This document shows positions 49,573-56,179 of a DNA stretch of 56,179 nucleotides, in pieces (positions within the stretch are counted from its first letter, which is position 1; each line of letters starts with the position of its first letter). The notes beneath the pieces are model-generated. The model made no database searches, had not been told where the DNA came from, and was given only the letters and a program-made list of their open reading frames with translations. The stretch comes from Ramlibacter sp. GTDB lineage: Bacteria; Pseudomonadota; Gammaproteobacteria; Burkholderiales; Burkholderiaceae_C. The DNA lies in the NCBI GenBank assembly GCA_022844525.1, contig JALHLO010000002.1:1-56179 (forward strand), read 5' to 3'. The translations under genes were made by a program, and so were the position numbers.

Positions 49573-50666
49573 GGAAGAAGGCGCTCCTGATGGGAATTGC
49601 GGCGGTGGCGGGGGTGGCGGTGGCGGCGACGCTGTGCCTTTCGGGTTGCGCCAACATCGGCTACTACTGGCAGTCGGTGACCGGCCACCTGAAGCTCATG
49701 AGCGCGGCGCGGCCGGTCGACGACCTGCTGCAGGAGCCCGAGACCCCCGAGCGCCTGCGCGAGCGGCTGAAGCTGTCGCAGCGCATCCGGGAATTCGCGG
49801 TGCGCGAACTGAAGCTGCCGGACAACCCCAGCTACCGGCGCTATGCCAACCTGCACCGGCGGGCGGCCGTCTTCAACGTGACGGCGGCGACGGCCTATTC
49901 GCTGGAGCTCAAGACCTGGTGCTTCCCCTTCACCGGCTGCGTCGGTTACCGCGGCTACTACGACGAGGCGAAGGCGCGCCAGGAGGCGGCCGAACTCGCG
50001 CAACAGGGTTACGAGACCAGCGTGTATCCGGTGACGGCCTATTCGACCCTGGGCCTGATGAACTGGGCCGGCGGCGACCCGCTGCTCAACACGTTCATCG
50101 GCTACCCGGAAGGCGAACTGGCGCGGCTGCTCTTTCACGAGCTGGCGCACCAGGTCGTGTACGTGAAGAACGACACGACCTTCAACGAGTCCTTCGCCAC
50201 CGCGGTGGAGCGGCTGGGGGGAGTGCGCTGGCTGCAGACGCAGGCGGACGACCAGGCGCGCCAGGAGTACGCCGCCTTCGACCAGCGCCGGCGCCTGTTC
50301 CGCGAGCTCTCGCGCGGCACCCGCGAGCGGCTCGAGGCGGTGTACGAAGCGACCGGGACGCCGCCCCCGGAAAAGGAGCGGGCCAAGCAGGAGGTGATGG
50401 AGCAATTCCGCGCGGACTATGCGCGCCTGAAGGAGCGGGCCGGCGGCGACCCGCTGGTGTGGCGGGGTTACGACCGGTGGGTGCGCGAGGCGAACAACGC
50501 CTTCTTCGGCGCCCAGGCGGCCTACGACGAACTGGTGCCGGGCTTCGAGGCCCTGTTCCGCATCAAGGGCGGGAGCTGGGAGGCGTTCTATGATGCCACC
50601 CGGCAGCTCGCCGCCCTGCCCAAGGAAGAGCGGCACCGACAACTGAAGGAGGCCGCTGGTGGCTGA
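49569..50666 (+). CDS. Putative lipoprotein zinc aminopeptidase (DUF2265-like)
   Basis: Lipobox LSGC, WCFP..GCV.YRG, AYSTLG, HELAH, FNES. Confidence 0.82.
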   Translation: MRKKALLMGIAAVAGVAVAATLCLSGCANIGYYWQSVTGHLKLMSAARPVDDLLQEPETPERLRERLKLSQRIREFAVRELKLPDNPSYRRYANLHRRAAVFNVTAATAYSLELKTWCFPFTGCVGYRGYYDEAKARQEAAELAQQGYETSVYPVTAYSTLGLMNWAGGDPLLNTFIGYPEGELARLLFHELAHQVVYVKNDTTFNESFATAVERLGGVRWLQTQADDQARQEYAAFDQRRRLFRELSRGTRERLEAVYEATGTPPPEKERAKQEVMEQFRADYARLKERAGGDPLVWRGYDRWVREANNAFFGAQAAYDELVPGFEALFRIKGGSWEAFYDATRQLAALPKEERHRQLKEAAGG

Positions 50667-51114
50667 CATCCATATCGTGCGCGAGCACGGGCTCGGGTTC
50701 GAACAGGCGCGCAAGCTGGCCTTCCGCTGGGCCGAGGTGGCGGAAAAGAAGCTCGAGATGGACTGCACCTACGAGGAGGGCAAGGCCCACGACGTGGTCA
50801 GCTTCAAGCGCCCCGGGGCCAGCGGCGAACTGCGCGTCGGCAAGGACCGGTTCGAGCTGAACGCCCGCCTGGGCATGCTGCTGGGCGTGTTCAAGGGCAA
50901 GATCGAAAGCGAGATCGTCCGCAACCTCGACGAGCTGCTGGCGCACAAGGACCCGCTGTACGCCTTCGAGCAGGGGCTGGAGAAGCACGAAACGAAGCAC
51001 GCGGCCAGGCACGAGAAGAAGGACAAGCACGAGGCCAAGCACGCCAAGCATGTCGAGCCGCACAAGGCGCCGGCCAAGCCCGCGAAGGCGCCCGCGGCGC
51101 GCAAGGCGAAGTAG
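50659..51114 (+). CDS. Polyhydroxyalkanoic acid system protein (PHA_gran_rgn) with a His/Lys/Ala-rich tail
   Basis: MADIHIVREHGLG..AR, F.R.GASG.L, LG.LL..FK.KIE.EI..NLD. Confidence 0.8.
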   Translation: MADIHIVREHGLGFEQARKLAFRWAEVAEKKLEMDCTYEEGKAHDVVSFKRPGASGELRVGKDRFELNARLGMLLGVFKGKIESEIVRNLDELLAHKDPLYAFEQGLEKHETKHAARHEKKDKHEAKHAKHVEPHKAPAKPAKAPAARKAK

Positions 51115-51194
51115 GACGCGCCGCCCGCGCGGGGACGACGGACCCCGTAGGTCGTGGTGAGCCCGCAGGCGAACCGCGACGCGACCGCCCAGCC

Positions 51195-51449
51195 TCAGCT
51201 CAGGGACTGGATCAACTCGATGTACTGCTTCTTCGCGTCCTCGCTGCCGGTGCCCTTCAAACCGTTCCACGCGTCCCACTTGGCGCGGCCGATCATGTCG
51301 CCGAAGCCGGGCTTCTTCTCCGCGTTGTCGCCGATGGTCGCCTGCTTGTAGAGGCCGTAGATCTTCAGCAGCGTCGCGTTGTCAGGGCGCTGGGACAGCT
51401 TCTTGGAATTGGCGACGGCGGCTTCGAAGTCGGCGTTGAGGTCGGCCAT
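51195..51449 (-). CDS. Acyl-CoA-binding protein
   Basis: LLKIYGLYKQATIGD, RAKWDAW..LKG, A...YI. Confidence 0.93.
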   Translation of the reverse strand: MADLNADFEAAVANSKKLSQRPDNATLLKIYGLYKQATIGDNAEKKPGFGDMIGRAKWDAWNGLKGTGSEDAKKQYIELIQSLS

Positions 51450-51543
51450 GGGTGCTCCTGCGAATCGTTGGGGTCGGCTATCTTAATTTCAGCGCCGCCG
51501 CCAGAATAGGGCGAGGCACCAAAACGCGAGAGGGGACGAGGCG

Positions 51544-52980
51544 ATGAAGCTGGCCGGCGAGGGCATGTCCAAGGTGGACACGGCGTGGCTGCGCATGGAT
51601 TCGGCCAGCAACCTGATGCTGATCCTCGGCGTCTGGACGCTGCGCCCGGCGGTGCGCTACGAGGCGCTGTGCCGGCGCATGCAGGAGCGGCTGCTGCCCT
51701 ACCCGCGCTTTCGCCAGCGCGTGGTGGAGGAAGGCGGCGCCACGCTCTGGGTCGACCACGAGGTGGACATCCACCAGCACGTGGTGCGCGAGAAGCTGCC
51801 CCGCCGCAAGGGGGGCGCGCAGGCGGCGCTGCAGGCGCGCATCGGCGAGCTGTCCATGACGCCCCTGGACCGCGGCCGGCCGCTGTGGCAGATGCACCTG
51901 GTGGAGGACTACGAGGGCGGCAGCGCCCTGATCATCCGCATCCACCACTGCATCGCCGACGGGATCGCGCTGGTCGCGGTCACCATGTCGCTGGTGGACG
52001 GAGGCGCGCCGCCGCCCGCGCGCGCGCGCAAGCCCATGCCGTCCCACGCCGAGGCCTGGCTGGCCGACCACCTGGTCAAGCCGCTGGCCGCCGCCGCCAT
52101 CAAGGCGCTGGACGCCGCCGGCGACGGCGCCGCGCGCTCGCTGTCGCTGCTGCTCGATCCGCGCAAGGGCCTGCACGGCACCATGGACGTGGCGCACACC
52201 GCCTGGCAACTGCTCACCGACGCGGCGGCGCTGCTGCTGATGCCGGACGATTCGCGCACGCGCCTGAAGGGCAAGCCGGGCGCCCGCAAGCGGGTTGCCT
52301 GGTGCCCGCCGCTGCCGCTGGACGAAGTGCGGGCGATCGGCAAGGCGCTGAACTGCTCCATCAACGACGTGCTCCTGAGCTGCGTGGCGGGCGCCATCGG
52401 CCAGTACCTGCGCGCGCAGGGCGACCCGGTGGACGGCGTCGAGATCCGCGCGATGATCCCCGTGAACCTGCGGCCGGTGGAGCACGCGCACCGGCTGGGC
52501 AACCAGTTCGGGCTGGTGCCCCTGGTGCTCCCGGTGGGCATGGCCAACCCGGTGGAGCGCGTCTACGAGGTGCGCCGGCGCATGGACGCGCTCAAGGGCA
52601 GCACGCAGCCGCTGCTGGCCTTCGCGGTGCTGGCGCTCGCGGGCCTGCTGGTCAAGCCGGCGCAGGACGCGATCATGGACCTGTTCCGCTCCAAGACCAC
52701 GGCGGTGATGACCAACGTGCCGGGGCCGCGCGACAAGCTGAAGGTGCTGGGCTCCACGCTGGAACAGGTGATGTTCTGGGTGCCGCAGTCCGGCGACATC
52801 GGGCTGGGCGTGTCCATCCTGAGCTACGGCGGCAGCGTGCAGTTCGGGGTGATGGCGGACACGCTCCTGTGCCCGGAGCCGCAGGACATCATCGACCAGT
52901 TCGAGCCGGAGTTCGCCCGGCTGTCGCTGGTGACGCTGATGCTGCCCTGGGGCGACGAAGACCTGTCATTGCGGGCGTGA
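51544..52980 (+). CDS. Wax ester synthase/diacylglycerol acyltransferase (WS/DGAT)
   Basis: HHCIADG catalytic motif, LD..RPLW, INDV, PVNLR, TNVPGP. Confidence 0.92.
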   Translation: MKLAGEGMSKVDTAWLRMDSASNLMLILGVWTLRPAVRYEALCRRMQERLLPYPRFRQRVVEEGGATLWVDHEVDIHQHVVREKLPRRKGGAQAALQARIGELSMTPLDRGRPLWQMHLVEDYEGGSALIIRIHHCIADGIALVAVTMSLVDGGAPPPARARKPMPSHAEAWLADHLVKPLAAAAIKALDAAGDGAARSLSLLLDPRKGLHGTMDVAHTAWQLLTDAAALLLMPDDSRTRLKGKPGARKRVAWCPPLPLDEVRAIGKALNCSINDVLLSCVAGAIGQYLRAQGDPVDGVEIRAMIPVNLRPVEHAHRLGNQFGLVPLVLPVGMANPVERVYEVRRRMDALKGSTQPLLAFAVLALAGLLVKPAQDAIMDLFRSKTTAVMTNVPGPRDKLKVLGSTLEQVMFWVPQSGDIGLGVSILSYGGSVQFGVMADTLLCPEPQDIIDQFEPEFARLSLVTLMLPWGDEDLSLRA

Positions 52981-52992
52981 CCCGCAATCCAT
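52965..52992. repeat. Short REP-like palindrome overlapping the WS/DGAT stop
   Basis: GTC-ATTGCGGG-CGTGA-CCCGCAAT-CCAT between convergent genes. Confidence 0.45.
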
Positions 52993-52994
52993 CC

Positions 52995-53453
52995 TCAGGC
53001 TTCCTGCTTGATCCGCAGCGTGGTGAACTCGGCCTCGTAGTCCTTCGCCAGCGCCAGCTTCTGCTCGTCGCTCAGCACCTCGCCCGCCTGCGGGAAGAAC
53101 TTCTGCTCCTCCTCCTGCAGGTGGTGCTCGATCTTCTCGCACAGCTTGCGGCAGCACTCCTGCCATTCGGCCGCGTGCGGATCCAGCTTTTCCAGGTGTT
53201 CCACCATCTCGTCCATCTCGTGGTGCTCGGCGATCGCGTGGCGCGAGAGGTCCACCGATTCGTCGTGCTGCATCAGCGGGATGTAGAAGCAGCGCTCCTC
53301 CGCGGTTTCGTGCGCGGACAGCTCCGCCTTCAGTTCCTCGAAGACGTGCTGCTGTTCGTCGGTGGACGGCCCGCTGGCCAGCAGGCGCCCGGAGAGTTCG
53401 CGCTGGGCGCGGTGGCTCACCATCAGGGCCTGGAAGATGTTCAGTTGCTCCAT
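52995..53453 (-). CDS. Hemerythrin-like (HHE) domain protein
   Basis: H, HETAEE..FY, EHHE, HHLQEEE..FF motifs. Confidence 0.88.
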   Translation of the reverse strand: MEQLNIFQALMVSHRAQRELSGRLLASGPSTDEQQHVFEELKAELSAHETAEERCFYIPLMQHDESVDLSRHAIAEHHEMDEMVEHLEKLDPHAAEWQECCRKLCEKIEHHLQEEEQKFFPQAGEVLSDEQKLALAKDYEAEFTTLRIKQEA

Positions 53454-53526
53454 CCGCGCATTGTTCCGCCCGGCTGAGCCTTGCCCTGTAGTCTGCGGGC
53501 GCGTGCACCCGTAGGGAGGGCCGGAC

Positions 53527-54300
53527 TCAGGCCTGCAGCTCGGCGCGCGCCAGCTCGACGTCCAGCCGCTCCCGCGCGTCCAGCGGCTGCAGCGCCGCGG
53601 CCTGCTCGTACAGCCGCCTGGCATCGCGCAGCTTCCGCTCGCCTTCCAGCATCACCAGGCCGTTGCCGTACTCGATCAGGGCGGTCGGCGAGCGCGGGTG
53701 GATCCTGAGCGCCTCCTGGAACATCTTCAGGCCGGTGTCCTTCTTCGCGCCGTAGGTCATGCCGCCGATCAGCGGGCCGACCTTGTCGATCACCTCCGCG
53801 TGGTAGGCGCCCAGCGCCACGTGGGCGTCGGAATGCAGCGGCTGCAGCGCGATGGTGCGCTCCAGGCAGTCCTTGACCTTGCCGCCGAGGCCCTGCGCCA
53901 GCGCCTTGGCCACGCTGATGCGCTGGCTGTAGCGCCCCAGCGCATAGGCCTGCCAGTACCAGGCGTTGGCGTTGCGCGGGTCGACGGAGGCCTGCAGCGC
54001 GGCGCGGCCCGCGGCTTCCTGGAACAGGTCCAGCCGGGCGCTTTCCTTCTTCTCGAGGTAGTTGGCGTAGATGCAGGTGGCCTTGTTGGCCGCCGTGATG
54101 CCGGCGCCGCCGGCGGCCAGCCCCGCGTCCGCCGCGCGCTGGAATTCGCCGTTGTGGAACAGGACCCAGGCGGCGACCACCCCCGGGTCGGCCGGCAGCG
54201 GTTCGGCATCGCCCGCGTGCAGGCGCTGCCAGTCGCGCGTGACACTGGCGGCGTCGTGCTGGAACTCGCCCAGCTGCGGGAAGGCCGTCCACGAGGCCAT
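53527..54300 (-). CDS. Hypothetical TPR-like helical protein
   Basis: TPR-like repeats (NAWYWQAYALGRY, DAHVALGAYH); part of the lipid/PHA cluster. Confidence 0.7.
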   Translation of the reverse strand: MASWTAFPQLGEFQHDAASVTRDWQRLHAGDAEPLPADPGVVAAWVLFHNGEFQRAADAGLAAGGAGITAANKATCIYANYLEKKESARLDLFQEAAGRAALQASVDPRNANAWYWQAYALGRYSQRISVAKALAQGLGGKVKDCLERTIALQPLHSDAHVALGAYHAEVIDKVGPLIGGMTYGAKKDTGLKMFQEALRIHPRSPTALIEYGNGLVMLEGERKLRDARRLYEQAAALQPLDARERLDVELARAELQA

Positions 54301-54322
54301 GCTGTCTCCCTGGCTGCCTGCC

Positions 54323-54994
54323 TCAAGCCGACGGCGCGGTGCTGCCTCCATAGGCGCCGGCCAGCTGCAGCAGGTGGGTTCGTTGTGCGGGTTCCAGATA
54401 GGGTACCAGCAGATGGAGCACGTGGTGCGCCCCGCGCAGCAGCGCCTGCTGCGCGGCTTGCGGCTCCAGCGCGTGGCGCGGGTCGCGCACGTACTCGTAA
54501 CTCAGCCAGTAGGTGAGCACCACCACCATGCTGGTGGCGGTCGGCTCCACCTCCCGCGTGTCGATGCGCACCGCGCCCGAGCGGCTCATGCCGTCCAGGA
54601 GCGCGCGCACGGCGCGCGCCTTGTTCTTCAGCACGTGCTGGAAGTGCGTCTCCAGCCGCCGGTTCTTCGAGAGCAGGTCGTTGATGTCGCGATAGAGGAA
54701 GCGGTACTGCCAGATCAGCTCGAACAGCGTGTGCAGGAAGAACCAGGCGTCCTCGACGTCGCGCACGCCGTCGGCCGCATTGAGCAATTCACCTAACCCG
54801 GCCTCGTAGCGATCGAACAGCGTGTTGATCAGCTCGTCCTTCGCGGGGTAGTGGTAATAGAGGTTGCCGGGGCTGATGTTCAGTTCGGCGGAGATCAGGG
54901 TGGTGGAGACGTTCGGCTCGCCGAAGCGGTTGAACAGGCCCAGCGTGACCTCGAGGATGCGTTCGGCGGTGCGCCGCGGGGCTTTCTTCGCCAT
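54323..54994 (-). CDS. TetR family regulator, PhaD-like
   Basis: T.ERILE..L.LFN..GEPNVST..I..EL.ISPGNLYYH resembles Pseudomonas PhaD. Confidence 0.85.
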   Translation of the reverse strand: MAKKAPRRTAERILEVTLGLFNRFGEPNVSTTLISAELNISPGNLYYHYPAKDELINTLFDRYEAGLGELLNAADGVRDVEDAWFFLHTLFELIWQYRFLYRDINDLLSKNRRLETHFQHVLKNKARAVRALLDGMSRSGAVRIDTREVEPTATSMVVVLTYWLSYEYVRDPRHALEPQAAQQALLRGAHHVLHLLVPYLEPAQRTHLLQLAGAYGGSTAPSA

Positions 54995-54997
54995 GGG

Positions 54998-56170
54998 TCA
55001 GGCAGGGTGCAGGGACCGTTCGAGTTCGTCCAGCACCGTGTGCAGCCGCGCCAGCGCGCCCGCCAGCCGGCGCGGGCGCGGCGGGGACAGCAGCACGCGC
55101 GCCGGGTCGTGCAGGACGGCCGACCGGATCCCCACCCTATGCCGGGCGAGGGTGGCGGCGAGCCGCCCTTCGTCGGCGCGCAGCCAGGCGCGGGTCTGCT
55201 GGTAGGCGTGTTCGGCCATCCGGCGCCGCTGGCCGTAGCTGAAGGGATTGGCGCCGAACAGCTCCGGGTCGCGCGGGTCCGGCTCCAGCAGCACGATGTC
55301 GGCGTCCGGCCAGGCCCGCGCGTAGTGCTTCATGCCGAGCGCCAGCCGCGAATGGATCATGGTGCGGAAGGTCTGGCTGAGGACGGCCGCCAGCCCGCCG
55401 TCGGCCAGCCGGGGCACCGCGAACGGCACCAGCGGATTGACGCACAGCACCAGGTCCACGCCTTCCTCCAGGGCGGCCGAGGCGTGCATGGTCTTGGTGA
55501 GCGCCCCGTCCACGTAGTGGCGGCCATCGATGGCGACCGGCGGAAAGAGCCCGGGCAGGGCGCAGGTGGCCTGCACCGCCCGCGACACGGGCACGTGGTC
55601 CCAGCCCGGCGCGCCGAAGGCCACCGGCCGCCCGGTATCGAGCTCGGTGGCCAGCAGCGTGAGCCGGCTGCGCAGCGTGCGGAAGTCGTTGCTGCGGCCG
55701 GGGCGGGCGAAGATCTCCTGCAGCCGCAGGTGCACCTGCTCGTTGGAGAACAGGCCGGTGGGCAGCACGGGCGCCATGCCTTCGAGGGCCTGCAGCACCG
55801 GCTTGCGCCCCCAGCTCGCCTGCCACAGGGCGCCGGCGGCCAGGGCGGGCAGGCGGCGGGCGCGGCCCAGGAACTCGCCGTAGGCGGGGACGGTGAGCCA
55901 GGCGGGATCGAACACCTCGCCGCCAGGCGCGGTGTTCTCGATGAAGGACGCGCACATCTCGCGCGGGGCGATCCCGTTGGCCAGGCCCGCCGCGATGAAG
56001 CCGCCGGCGGAGACGCCGACGTAATGCTGCAGTGCGGTGAGATCCAGCCCTTCGAGCGTGTCCTGGAGCGCGCACAGGGCGCCGATCTCGTAGATGGCCC
56101 CCAGCGGGCCGCCGCCGGCCAGCGCGAGCGCGATCCGCGGCCCCTTGCCGCCAGCCCGGCCCCGGCGCAC
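54998..56170 (-). CDS. Patatin-like phospholipase (start may lie outside the window)
   Basis: AGGGPLG, GVSAG, DGA motifs. Confidence 0.88.
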   Translation of the reverse strand: MRRGRAGGKGPRIALALAGGGPLGAIYEIGALCALQDTLEGLDLTALQHYVGVSAGGFIAAGLANGIAPREMCASFIENTAPGGEVFDPAWLTVPAYGEFLGRARRLPALAAGALWQASWGRKPVLQALEGMAPVLPTGLFSNEQVHLRLQEIFARPGRSNDFRTLRSRLTLLATELDTGRPVAFGAPGWDHVPVSRAVQATCALPGLFPPVAIDGRHYVDGALTKTMHASAALEEGVDLVLCVNPLVPFAVPRLADGGLAAVLSQTFRTMIHSRLALGMKHYARAWPDADIVLLEPDPRDPELFGANPFSYGQRRRMAEHAYQQTRAWLRADEGRLAATLARHRVGIRSAVLHDPARVLLSPPRPRRLAGALARLHTVLDELERSLHPA

Positions 56171-56179
56171 GGTCAGCCG

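Noticed and set aside
51150-51182. Imperfect hairpin between the PHA-system gene and ACBP
   Set aside because: Single GC-rich stem with mismatches between convergent genes; plausible terminator but nothing more can be supported

Overview
High-GC betaproteobacterial chromosome segment; gene content and order suggest Comamonadaceae (inference). (1) 1-5438: core genes pdxA (5'-truncated), mscL, petABC, sspAB and tRNA-Thr(TGT). (2) ~5439-32132: a ~26.7 kb island in tRNA-Thr, closed by a displaced tRNA 3' half at 32086-32132, with no integrase visible. It carries a furan catabolic cluster: hmfABCD-hmfF(UbiD)-hmfG(UbiX)-hmfE-like genes, a second hmfE, a truncated second hmfD, ALDH, SDR, a membrane di-iron hydroxylase, TRAP, Bug/TTT and ABC uptake systems, and LysR, TetR and two paralogous AraC regulators. 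No hmfH is present. (3) dciA-like, M23 peptidase and secA. (4) 36545-40936: an alpha-hydroxyketone quorum-sensing locus (CqsA/LqsA-like synthase, LqsR-like regulator, CqsS/LqsS-like kinase) joined to a divergent LuxR solo that lacks the AHL-binding motif. Two related lux-box-like palindromes sit about 72 and 76 bp upstream of the synthase and kinase starts. This is the best candidate for an undescribed hybrid signalling circuit. (5) TelA-like, coaX, peptidases/argE, SBP, Mo-oxidoreductase and aminopeptidase. (6) A PHA/neutral-lipid storage cluster. All calls come from reading motifs and context by eye; no database search was run.
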